Source: an uncultured Alphaproteobacteria bacterium | GTDB taxonomy: Bacteria > Pseudomonadota > Alphaproteobacteria > Rhodobacterales > Rhodobacteraceae | DNA: 64,000 nt | NCBI GenBank assembly: GCA_963773555.1 | Contig: CAVZCB010000031.1 | Location: forward strand, 27,343 to 91,342 | Direction: 5' to 3' | Part shown: positions 53,236 through 62,503 of the stretch, piece after piece | Numbering within the stretch: the stretch's first letter is position 1 | Layout: the number at the start of each line of letters is the position of its first letter | Made by a program: the position numbers and the translations under genes | Notes under the pieces: generated by a model | The model's database searches: none | Told to the model about the DNA's origin: nothing | The model's input: the letters and a program-made list of their open reading frames with translations, nothing else

Positions 53236-54403
53236 TACCAATCGCCCTATGCGTTGACCGCTTTGGCCCAGTCGCGTGTGGCGATTGAGGTGATCGTGGC
53301 GGGTCTTGCAACGAGGGCCTTCCAGGCGTCGCAACAAGCGTCGACGATGGCGGTGTAGGTGTCGAAGACCCGATTGGCGAGATGGTTCTGGCGCAGATAC
53401 TGCCAGATATTCTCGACCGGGTTCAGTTCGGGTGAGTAGGACGGCAAGCGCAGCAGGCTGATGTTGGCCGGCATGTCGAGTTTGCCGCCAGGCCGATGCC
53501 AGCCGGCGCCGTCGAGGATGAGGACGGCGTGCGCGCCGGGGGTGATCTGGGTGCTGATCTCCGCCAGGTGCAGGTTCATCGCCTTGATGTTGACGCACGG
53601 CAGCACCAGTGCGGCGCCGACGCCGCGCGCCGGACAGACGGCGCCGAACAGATAGGCCGAGGCGTAGCGTTGATCGCGCGGCGCACGCGGGCGGCTGCCC
53701 TTGTCGGCCCAGACGTAGGTCAGGCTTCCTTGCTGGCCGACGCGTGCTTCATCCTGCCACCACAGCTCGACCGGCTTGCCCCGAGCATGCTCGGGAAGGG
53801 CCGCGGCGACCAGCTCGGCGAAGTTTTTTTATGCGCCTCCTGGGCGGCGATGTCCTGCTCGGGGTGGCGCGGACGCACCGAGACCCGCGAGAAGTTCAGC
53901 CGCGCCAGCAGCTTGCCCACGGTGCGCTCGTGCATCTCCACCCCGAAGTGCCGGGCGATCTCGCCCTGCAAATCCCGGCACCGCCAGCGCACCACCTTAT
54001 GCACATCCGGTTTCGGCCCCTCACGGACCCACGCCGCGAACGTGGCCTCCTGCGCCGCGGTCAGCTTGCGCCGGCGGCCACGGGCGCCGGCCCGGTTCGT
54101 CAGGCCTGCAAGCCCGGCCTCGTTGTAGCGATGCACCCAGTCGCGTAAGGTCTGCCGGTCCATCCCCGCCGCCTGCGCCGCCTCCGTCCGGGTCCGGCCT
54201 TCCAGCACCAAAGCCAGCGCAAGCATCCGCCGCGACGCAGCCGCATCCTTCTCCCGCGCGGCCGCCCTCCGAAAACCTGCGGCGTCCAGACCCGTCCGCG
54301 TGATCGCAATCGTCATCACCGATCCCCCTGCTCCGGGAGCAGAGATTCAGACCCGGACGATCCCTGCAACTCACGTTCGAGTCAGTGAAACCGGCGCCTA
54401 GTA
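53236..54403 (-). mobile_element. IS630-family element
   Basis: TA at both ends; imperfect IRs TACCAATCGCC / TACTAGGCGCC. Confidence 0.85.
53247..54316 (-). CDS. IS630 transposase, two ORFs joined by probable -1 frameshift at A7 (53824-53830)
   Basis: HTH MDRQTLRDWVHRYN; DDE part LILDGAGWH, PSYSPELNPVENIW. Confidence 0.88.
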
Positions 54404-54562
54404 TCACATCACCCAGATTGTCGCGCTACAGGCTGCTGGAAGCGCGCATGCTCAAGATGGGACGCCGCGAGTACGTCGTAAGCGTCCGGGGCCACCGCCC
54501 TGCCTGGATCAGGAGCGTCGGATAGTGTCCGCTTTGGATAGCGGACACTATGGGGCCTTCCG

Positions 54563-54931
54563 ATGGCGCGTCGAAGCAAGCGGCTCTGGACCGTGGAGGA
54601 GAAGCGGTCGATCTGTCTCCAGACGACGGCGCCCGGTGTTTCCGTGGCTCAGGTGGCGCGGCGCTACGCGCTGAATGCGAACGTCATCTTCAAATGGCTG
54701 CGCGATCCGAGGTTCGCGGCGGACCCTGACGCCGCCCCGGCGGAGGGTTTTTGCTTTCTGCCGGTCGAGATCGTCGAGCGCCCGGTTCAGGAAGATGCTC
54801 CTGCGGCGAGCGATGCCCGAGACCCGGGCGGCACGATCGAGATCGACGTTGCGGGCGGTCACCGGATGCGGATCAGCGGCCGCTACGATCCCGAGGTTCT
54901 CGCCCGGCTGATCCGGGGGCTATCGGGATGA
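54563..54931 (+). CDS. tnpA: IS66 TnpA
   Basis: [10 protein letters not shown]...[20 protein letters not shown]. Confidence 0.88.
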   Translation: MARRSKRLWTVEEKRSICLQTTAPGVSVAQVARRYALNANVIFKWLRDPRFAADPDAAPAEGFCFLPVEIVERPVQEDAPAASDARDPGGTIEIDVAGGHRMRISGRYDPEVLARLIRGLSG

Positions 54932-55275
54932 TCCCTGTTCCCGGGACGACGAAGGTCTGGCTGGCGGCCGGGGTGACGGACATGCGCCGGGGCTTCACGG
55001 CGCTGGCGGCGCAGGCCGAGGCGACGTTGCAGCAGGACCCGTTCTCGGGGCATCTCTTCGTCTTCAGAGGCCGCCGTGGCGATCTGGTGAAGGTAATCTG
55101 GTGGGACGGCCAGGGGGCCTGCCTGTTCATGAAGCGGCTGGAGCGGGGCCGGTTCGTCTGGCCCGCGGCGAAGGAGGGCAAGGTGTCGCTGACGCCGGCG
55201 CAACTGTCGATGCTGCTCGAAGGCATCGACTGGCGCGCGCCGCAACGGACCTGGCAGCCATCGGCGGCGGGATAA
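54928..55275 (+). CDS. tnpB: IS66 TnpB accessory protein
   Basis: [34 protein letters not shown]. Confidence 0.92.
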   Translation: MIPVPGTTKVWLAAGVTDMRRGFTALAAQAEATLQQDPFSGHLFVFRGRRGDLVKVIWWDGQGACLFMKRLERGRFVWPAAKEGKVSLTPAQLSMLLEGIDWRAPQRTWQPSAAG

Positions 55276-55334
55276 TCTGCGGTTGGGCAAAATCAGAGGA
55301 TTCCCACAGGAAATCCAGTGGGATAAACTCGATC

Positions 55335-56860
55335 ATGCTCGACGATCCCACCCCGTTGCCGGAAGATCCTGAGGAACTGCGCGCCTTCACGGCGCGGCTT
55401 CTGGCCGAGGTAAAGGCGCAGGCGATCCTGATCGAGAAGCTGCGCCACCAGTTGGCCGGCCACCGGGCGCATCGCTTTGGCGCCTCCTCCGAGACCGCCG
55501 AGCAGCTCCAACTGGCGCTGGAGACGAGCGAGATCGCGGCCGCGGCGATGACGGCGCGGCTGCGCCTGCCCGATGTCGAGGAGAAGGGTCAGCCAAAGCG
55601 CCGCCCGATCCCGGAGGACATCCCCCGGATGGAGGTGGAACTCAGCATCGCCACCGACGCCTGTGCCGACTGCGGCGGCAAGCTGCGCCGGATCGGCGAG
55701 GACGTGACCGAAGAGCTGGAATATGTGCCCGGACGCTTCATCGTGAACCGCATCGTCCGGCCACGGCTGACCTGCGCCGGTTGCGAACGCTTCGTCCAGG
55801 CGGCGCTGCCGTCGCGTCCCATCGAGCGGGGGCGTCCGGGCCCGGGCCTGCTCGCGCATGTGCTGGTCAGCAAGTATGCCGACCATCTTCCGCTCTATCG
55901 CCAGAGCCAGATCCTCGAGCGCGACGGGCTGGACCTCGACCGCTCCACGCTCGCCGACTGGGTCGGCAAGTCCACCGCGCTGCTCGCGCCGCTGGCCGAT
56001 GCCATCGGCCGACATGTGCTCTCGGCCGAGGCGATCTTCGCCGATGACACGCCCGTCCGCATGCTCGCGCCCGGCACGGGCAGAACCCAGACCGCCCGGC
56101 TCTGGGCCTATGCCCGCGACGAGCGCCCCTGGGGCGGCGCGGCGCCACCGGCCGCATGGTATCGCTTCTCGGGCGATCGGAAGGGGCAGCATCCCAAGGA
56201 CCATCTCGCCCGATTCCGCGGCTGGATGCATGCCGATGGCTATGCCGGATTTGAAGACCTCTACCGGTCCGGCGCGATCCGCGAAGTCGCCTGCATGGCG
56301 CACGTCCGGCGCAAGTTCGTCGATGTCCATCGATCGCAAGGCTCGCCGATCGCCGAGGAGGCCATCCAGCGCATCGCCCGGCTCTATGCCGTCGAAAAGG
56401 AGGCCCGCGGCTCCCCGCCCGAGCGCCGCGTGGAGCTTCGCCAGGCCCGGGCGGTCTCGGTGTTCGATGATCTCGAGGTCTGGCTCGCCAGCAGCTGGCC
56501 CGCATCTCCGGCAAGTCGCCCCTCGCCGTCGCAATCCGCTACGCCCTGACGCGGATGCCGCGCATGCGCCCCTATCTCGCACATGGCATCCTCGAGCTGG
56601 ACAACAACGTCGCCGAGCGCGGAATGCGCGCCATCGCTCTCGGCCGGAAGAACTACCTCTTCGTCGGCTCCGAGGCCGGCGGGAAGGCCGTCGGCTCCGA
56701 GGCCGGCGGGAAGGCCGCCGCCATCGCCTGCACCCTGATCGAGACCGCCAAGCTCAATGGCGTCAATCCCCAAGCCTGGCTGGCCGACACGCTGGCGCGC
56801 ATCCCGGACTACAAGATAACAAAGGTCGACGAGCTGCTACCCTGGCGCCGCAGCCCGTAG
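55335..56860 (+). pseudogene. tnpC: IS66 TnpC transposase, frameshift ~56490 and 27-bp tandem duplication
   Basis: KYADHLPLYRQ, FADDTP, CMAHVRRKF, DNNVAER; frame break at CTCGCCAGCAG; VGSEAGGKA twice. Confidence 0.85.
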
Positions 56861-57118
56861 CGGTCAGACACGTCGGTTACAGTACGTCCAGGTTCTGCGC
56901 CTGCTCGAGACCTTCGGCATCGACGATCTCCATGCCGCCGTGAAGAAGGCCCTGCAACTGGGGGCGGTCGGCTTCGATGCCGTCAAGCATCTCGTTCTTT
57001 GCCAGGTCGAGAAGCGGCCACCGAAGCTCGACCTCGACGTCTATCCCTACCTGCCGCGCGCCCATGTCGCGACCACTTCGGCCGCAGACTACATGTGCCT
57101 GATGTCGGGGGATGCGAC

Positions 57119-57879
57119 ATGACCGAGGCTCCGAAGATCCTGCTCGCGCATCACCTGAAGACCCTGAAGCTGCCGACCTTCCTCCGGGAGTACGACAAGC
57201 TCGCCCGCCAATGCGCGGCCGAAGGTCTGGACCACGTCCGGTTCCTGACCCGGCTGGTCGAACTGGAACTGATCGACCGCGAGCGGCGCATGGTGGAGCG
57301 CCGCATCAAGGCCGCGAAGTTCCCGGCCACCAGGAGCCTCGACAGCTTCGACTTCAAGGCGATCCCCAAGCTCAACAAGATGCAGGTCCTGGAACTCGCC
57401 CGATGTGAATGGATCGACCGGCGCGAGAACGTCATCGCCCTGGGCCCGAGCGGGGCAAGACCCATGTGGCCCTCGGCCTCGGGCTGGCCGCCTGCCAGAA
57501 GGGCATGTCGGTCGGGTTCACCACCGCCGCCGCTCTGGTCAACGAGCTGATGGAAGCCCGCGACGAGCGTCGGCTGCTGCGCTTCCAGATACAGATGGCC
57601 GGCCACAAGCTTCTCATCATCGACGAGCTGGGCTTCGTGCCGCTGTCCAAGACCGGCGCCGAGCCGCTGTTCGAACTGATCTCCCAGCGCTATGAGCGCG
57701 GCGCCACGCTGATCACCAGCAACCTGCCGTTCGACGAATGGACCGAGACCTTCGGCACCGAGCGCCTCACCGGCGCCCTTCTCGACAGACTGACGCACCA
57801 CGTCCACATCATCGAGACGAATGGCGACAGCTACAGGCTTGGGCAGAGCCGCGCCCGGAAAGCCGACGTCAGCGTCTGA
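57119..57879 (+). pseudogene. istB: IS21 IstB ATPase with frameshifting deletion in Walker A
   Basis: LKTLKLP...FDFKAIP...GPSG then GKTHVALGLG in another frame; LIIDELG, ITSNL, LLDRLTHH. Confidence 0.85.
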
Positions 57880-58025
57880 TCACCCGTTGCAGGATTGACC
57901 CTCCGGGCCAAAGCGCCATGACACGCGCCAGCTATCTGGAAAGCGAGCGCGTCATGCCGCTTGGCGCTCGACAAATGGCCTGGATTTGCGCCGCCACATG
58001 GTCGGCTTTGTCTCCGCCGTTGACA

Positions 58026-58200
58026 CGCTGGTCTTGGGGAAAAACATCTGGCTGGCATAGAAAGCCATGCCGTTGTGATCAGTGTCGAGCATCCAGCACG
58101 GCAGGTTCTCGGCGTCGATGTGGTCAGTGTCCATCAGGTGCGGCAGGAAGATGTCGAGCCCGCGCAGCACGACGCGATAGAGCGGCGTCCCATCAGCGTC
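58026..58200 (-). pseudogene. Fragment resembling the C-terminal region of a site-specific adenine DNA methyltransferase
   Basis: YRVVLRGLDIF...PCWMLDTDHNGMAFYASQMFFPKTS, cut exactly at the IS21 end; family recognised from memory. Confidence 0.5.
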
Positions 58201-58270
58201 ACACGAGACGGTAGACCCGGCCTCGGGCCTGCTGCATAGGACTCAAAACAAACGGCCTCCGGAAACACCC

Positions 58271-58753
58271 TCAGGTGAGTACGCTGAACTCTCCGTTGCG
58301 TTCGATCCGCCCCTCCCGCACGGCGCGGACGTCGTCGATGCCCTGCAGCCTCAGGTTCTCCATGAGGTCGCCGTGACCGATCTGTGCCCCACGAAGAGCA
58401 TCTTCGATCAGCTCGCCGTCGCGAATGACCAGCAGAGGGCGGCCCTTGACCAGCCGCGAGAAGCGGTCGGAGCGGCGTGCCGCGGACGCCAGCAGGTAGT
58501 ACAGCCCGCCCATCAGCGTCGTTGCCACCATGGTCGCGACGAGCGGTGCGTTGCCGGTCAGCGCGCGGCTTAGGTTCGAGCCGATGATCACCGTCAGCAC
58601 GATGTCGACGGCAGCGCTGCCGCCGAATGCGCGACGGGGAAGAAGGCGGTAGAGGGTGAGGGCGTAGGCGAAGATCAGCACCGCCCGCACTGACATCTGC
58701 CACCAGGCGATCGTGTCCGCCTCTCGACCGATCAGCATGTCGATGGTTTCCAT
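58271..58753 (-). CDS. DUF421/YetF-domain membrane protein
   Basis: Three TM then LVKGRPLLVIRDG...LRLQGI...IERNGEFSV. Confidence 0.88.
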   Translation of the reverse strand: METIDMLIGREADTIAWWQMSVRAVLIFAYALTLYRLLPRRAFGGSAAVDIVLTVIIGSNLSRALTGNAPLVATMVATTLMGGLYYLLASAARRSDRFSRLVKGRPLLVIRDGELIEDALRGAQIGHGDLMENLRLQGIDDVRAVREGRIERNGEFSVLT

Positions 58754-58871
58754 TCGTGTCCTCCGGCCAGCAACGTGGTCAAGCTAGCGCAGAGCACCTT
58801 CACGCGCGCGCGGCTATTTGCGAAGAGCAACTTCCATCCTCTCGCGCCGCCGTTGACCCACGGCTGGCAAC

Positions 58872-59747
58872 ATGGAGACCGTCCGCATGGCCAATCTTCT
58901 CCTCTTTGCCGCCGGGACCGGTCTGATCGCGTTCGTTCTGTACGACTTTCTGCGAACCACGATCAGCCTGAGCGGTCTCGGCCCGGCCAGCTCGGTCGTT
59001 GCCCACACCCTCTGGCGCTTGTCCCGGCAATTTGAACCCTGGAGCGAACGCCAGCTCGGGCTCGCGTTTCGAGGCTTTATCGGGCCGACGATCCTGGCCG
59101 CGATCGCGGCAGCGTGGATCGTCTTGCACCTGGTCGGTTACACGTTGATGTACGCGGCCAGTTCCTCGCTACGCATCGATGGAACCGATGCGCCAGCCAC
59201 CTTGATCGAAAGGATCGCCTTCGCCGGATCGGCGCTCTCGACGTTGGGGGCGTCGATCGCCGAGCCGACGAACGGCTGGTGGGACGCCTTGTCGATGATT
59301 GCCGCCGTGAACGGAATGATCGTGTTGACGCTCTCGGTGAGCTTCATTCTAAACGTTCTGCAGACCACCGCCGCGGCGCGGGTTCTAGCGGCACGTTACC
59401 ACGCCCTTCGCTCATCAGGCGGAGGCCATGGATCCTGCGGGACGCTTCAACGCATCGCGCCGCTCGGCCCGGACTTCTGCAAGATGGCGGTGGATCTGAG
59501 CGGCTCGTCCCTCTCAGGCATGTTCGTTCCGAGTGATCCGGTGATGGATTTTGCCAAGGTGGTATCGGAGATATGCGATCTTATCCAGAGCGATGGCGGC
59601 CTGACGAGCAACGGCAGCACGGAGGATGGGGAGTTCGCCGAGCTTCGCTGGGGCATCGCCCTTCTCGGACGCCAATCTCCAACCGGAGAGGACCTTGACG
59701 GCATCGACGCAGCCGGCCGCTGGGCGCGCTACTTCAGCCTGCCTTGA
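58872..59747 (+). CDS. Ion_trans_2-like (potassium channel family) membrane protein
   Basis: TM, pore-like FAGSALSTLG segment, TM ending LTLSVSFILNV. Confidence 0.6.
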   Translation: METVRMANLLLFAAGTGLIAFVLYDFLRTTISLSGLGPASSVVAHTLWRLSRQFEPWSERQLGLAFRGFIGPTILAAIAAAWIVLHLVGYTLMYAASSSLRIDGTDAPATLIERIAFAGSALSTLGASIAEPTNGWWDALSMIAAVNGMIVLTLSVSFILNVLQTTAAARVLAARYHALRSSGGGHGSCGTLQRIAPLGPDFCKMAVDLSGSSLSGMFVPSDPVMDFAKVVSEICDLIQSDGGLTSNGSTEDGEFAELRWGIALLGRQSPTGEDLDGIDAAGRWARYFSLP

Positions 59748-59899
59748 AGAATTCGTCCAACAGCTTGTCCCCGACCGCTTTCAGCAAATGCTCGCCAAGA
59801 ACGGCGAGGCGCCTCACCAGACGAAAAGTAAGCGGCCGCTCATGGCCGCCTACAGCGGCTTCGCTTGATCTGCGATGAGACGTCTCTGAGGACGTCGTC

Positions 59900-60313
59900 A
59901 TGGACGTCCAGTTCGCGGAGGTCCTTATGCGGGGCGAGGTTCTTTCGGGGGTCGAGCGGCGGCGACGGTGGTCGGCGCAGCAGAAACTGCAGGTTGCCTG
60001 CGCGTCGTGGGAGCCCGGCGTACGGGTTGCGGATGTTGCGCGGCGTTTCGACGTGACGCGGCAGCAGGTCTATGACTGGCGATCGGCGGCGCGGCGCGGG
60101 GAGTTTGCGGGCTTCGGGGCGGCGGCAGGGTTTATCGAGGTGATCGGCGCGTCTGCGGGCGAAGCGGTTCCGTCAGCGACGATGCCCGAAGCATCGCCGA
60201 GCGAAGATGTCACGGTGGAAATCGCAGTCGCGGGCGGGCGCAGTGTGCGCCTGCCGGCATCGCTGCCGACGCCAGACCTGATGCGGCTGATCCGCGCCGT
60301 GGAGGAAGCATGA
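59900..60313 (+). CDS. tnpA: IS66 TnpA
   Basis: ERRRRWSAQQK...VADVARRFDV..QQVYDWR. Confidence 0.88.
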   Translation: MDVQFAEVLMRGEVLSGVERRRRWSAQQKLQVACASWEPGVRVADVARRFDVTRQQVYDWRSAARRGEFAGFGAAAGFIEVIGASAGEAVPSATMPEASPSEDVTVEIAVAGGRSVRLPASLPTPDLMRLIRAVEEA

Positions 60314-60660
60314 TCGCGCCCGGCGCTGGCGTGCGGGTGTATCTGGCCTGCGGTGCCACCGACATGCGCCGGGGTATCATCGGGCTGGCCGCCTGTGCCC
60401 AGGAGGTGCTGAGGCAGAACCCCGCTTCCGGTGCGGTCTTCTGCTTCCGGGGAAGACGCGGTGACAGACTGAAACTACTGTTCTGGGACGGCCAAGGGTT
60501 TTGCCTGTACTACAAGGTGCTGGAGAAGGGGCGGTTTCCGTGGCCATCGCCGGCCGACGGCACAGCGTTGCGGCTGACCTCCGGGCAGTTGGCGATGCTG
60601 TGGGAAGGGATCGATTGGCGCCGTCCGGTTTGGACTGCTCCCCCAGCGCGCGTTGTGTGA
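60310..60660 (+). CDS. tnpB: IS66 TnpB accessory protein
   Basis: TDMRRG, FRGRRGD, WDGQG, LWEGIDW. Confidence 0.92.
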   Translation: MIAPGAGVRVYLACGATDMRRGIIGLAACAQEVLRQNPASGAVFCFRGRRGDRLKLLFWDGQGFCLYYKVLEKGRFPWPSPADGTALRLTSGQLAMLWEGIDWRRPVWTAPPARVV

Positions 60661-60722
60661 TTATATCCTGGATTCAATGCGATAGCGCTGGAATACGAGC
60701 TACCCGGCGGGTAAACTGCGGC

Positions 60723-62357
60723 ATGGAGATCAGCCTTGACGCGCTGCCTGACGACACCGCCGCTCTGCGGGCGATCATCCTCGCCCAGCATCGCCAGATC
60801 GCCGGGATCGCGGCGGCCAACCGGGCCTACGAGGCGCTGATCCAGGCGCTAAAGATCACCATCGCCCGGCTGAAGAAGCAGAAGCACGGCGCGAGTTCGG
60901 AGAAGATCGAGCGCGAGATCGAGCAGCTGGAGCTTGCCCTCGAAAACCTCGAGACGGCGCGCGCCGCCGCCGATACGGCTCCCGAGACGCCAGAGGAGGT
61001 CGAGGACGAGGCCGCCAATCCCGCGACGTTGGAAGAGCGCGTCCCGCCCCGGCGCCGCGGCAAGCCGCGCATCTCGGAGGACGCGCCGCGCGAGACCATT
61101 GTGCTCGATCCCGGCGAGCGCTGCCCCGACTGCGGCGGCGTACTGCGGCTGGTGGGCGAAGACGTGGCCGAGATCCTCGACTTCATCGCCGCCAAACTGA
61201 AGGTGGTCGATATCCACCGCCCGAAGAAATCCTGCCGCGACTGCGAGCGCATGGTGCAGACCCCGGCGCCGTCGCGCCCGGTCCCGCGTGGCATGGCTGG
61301 GCCGTCCCTGCTCGCGCACATCCTGGTCTCGAAATACGACGACCACCTTCCGCTCTACCGCCAAGGCGAGATCTTCGCCCGCATGGGCGCGGACATTCCC
61401 CGCTCGACGCTCATCGACTGGTGCGGCCAGGCCGCGGCCGCGCTCCGCCCGCTGGCCGACATCGTTCGGGCCGAGGCGATGGCCTCCGACAGGCTCCACG
61501 CCGACGACACCCCCATTCGCGTGCTCGACCCGAAGAAGAAGCGGATCGAAGGCCTTGAGCGCGGCGTGAAGGAGGGCCGCATCTGGGTCTATGTCCGCGA
61601 CGACCGGCCCTGGGCGGGCGAGGACCCGCCCGCCGCAGCCTATTGGTTCTCTCCCGACCGCAAGGGGGAACACCCGCAGACCCATCTGAAGAACTTCGTC
61701 GGCATCCTCCAGGCCGACGCCTATGCCGGGTTCCAGAAGCTCTACGAGCCCGGCGCGGACGGACAGCCCCGCATCCGCGAGGCCGCCTGTTGGGCCCATC
61801 TGCGCCGCGACTTCCACGACGTGTGGAAAGCCACCGCCTCACCCATCGCCTTCGAGGCGCTGGAGCGGATCGGCAAGCTCTACGACATCGAGGCGGCGAT
61901 CAACGGCAAGCCCCTCGACCGCCGCAATGCCGTGCGCCAGAAGGACAGCCGCCCGCACGTCGAGGCGTTCCGCACATGGTGCGAGCACCAGCTGACGCGT
62001 GTCCCCGGCAAGGGCGATCTCGCCAAGGCCATGCGCTACGTCCTCAACCGCTGGGACGGCTTCACACTGTTTCTCGACGACGCCCGCGTCGCCATCGACA
62101 ACAATGCGGCCGAGCGCGCCATCCGGCCCATCAGCCTCGGGCGCAAGAACTTCCTCTTCGCCGGCTCCGACGCCGGAGGCGAGACCCTCGCCGACGCCAT
62201 GACCATCATCGAGACCGCCAAGCTCTCGGGTCTCAACCCCGAAAGCTACCTCGCAGACCTGCTCGCCTGCATCCGCCAGTACGACCAGGCGCGCCTCGAC
62301 GACCTGCTACCCTGGAACTGGAAGAACCTCCGCGGAACCGCCGCAGAGGCCGCCTGA
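60723..62357 (+). CDS. tnpC: IS66 TnpC transposase
   Basis: KYDDHLPLYRQ, HADDTP, QADAYAG, CWAHLRR, IDNNAAER, LLPWNW. Confidence 0.95.
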   Translation: MEISLDALPDDTAALRAIILAQHRQIAGIAAANRAYEALIQALKITIARLKKQKHGASSEKIEREIEQLELALENLETARAAADTAPETPEEVEDEAANPATLEERVPPRRRGKPRISEDAPRETIVLDPGERCPDCGGVLRLVGEDVAEILDFIAAKLKVVDIHRPKKSCRDCERMVQTPAPSRPVPRGMAGPSLLAHILVSKYDDHLPLYRQGEIFARMGADIPRSTLIDWCGQAAAALRPLADIVRAEAMASDRLHADDTPIRVLDPKKKRIEGLERGVKEGRIWVYVRDDRPWAGEDPPAAAYWFSPDRKGEHPQTHLKNFVGILQADAYAGFQKLYEPGADGQPRIREAACWAHLRRDFHDVWKATASPIAFEALERIGKLYDIEAAINGKPLDRRNAVRQKDSRPHVEAFRTWCEHQLTRVPGKGDLAKAMRYVLNRWDGFTLFLDDARVAIDNNAAERAIRPISLGRKNFLFAGSDAGGETLADAMTIIETAKLSGLNPESYLADLLACIRQYDQARLDDLLPWNWKNLRGTAAEAA

Positions 62358-62503
62358 GGGCGCGCTGAGCGGCCGCTTACGACGAAAGGAGCCCCAGCGG
62401 CCGCGATGGCCTGATGCATCGCGGCGTTGAAGTGGAGCCCGGCGAGGGTCGAACTCAACCTCCGGCGTTGACGCTGATGGCCGACGGGTCGTCCCTTTCG
62501 TCA

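Larger units (their letters stand above)
52823..54430 (+). mobile_element. IS21-family remnant A (3' part of istB and right end), interrupted by IS630
   Basis: ILDDLAYV...LFELISSRYERRS...ITAN...DRLVHH; terminal repeats CAGATTGTCGCGCT at ~53220 and ~54414; ends in CA at 54430. Confidence 0.78.
54478..56880 (+). mobile_element. IS66-family element A (degenerate tnpC)
   Basis: GTAAGCG...CGGTTAC ends; perfect 8-bp target duplication AGTACGTC (54470-54477, 56881-56888). Confidence 0.92.
54431..58025 (+). mobile_element. IS21-family remnant B (3' istA, istB, right end), interrupted by IS66
   Basis: istA reads LLEARMLKMGRREYV|QVLRLLETF across the IS66; right end ...CCGCCGTTGACA at 58025. Confidence 0.82.
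59828..62380 (+). mobile_element. IS66-family element B, apparently intact
   Basis: Perfect 15-bp IRs GTAAGCGGCCGCTCA/TGAGCGGCCGCTTAC; flanks GACGAAAA/GACGAAAG (7 of 8 match). Confidence 0.93.

Noticed and set aside
59748-59827. Gene disrupted by IS66-B
   Set aside because: The rejoined target gives only a short unrecognisable frame with no start.
54928-60660. TnpB genes as RNA-guided nucleases
   Set aside because: These are ~115-aa IS66 accessory TnpB proteins, unrelated to IS200/IS605 TnpB; no RuvC motifs.
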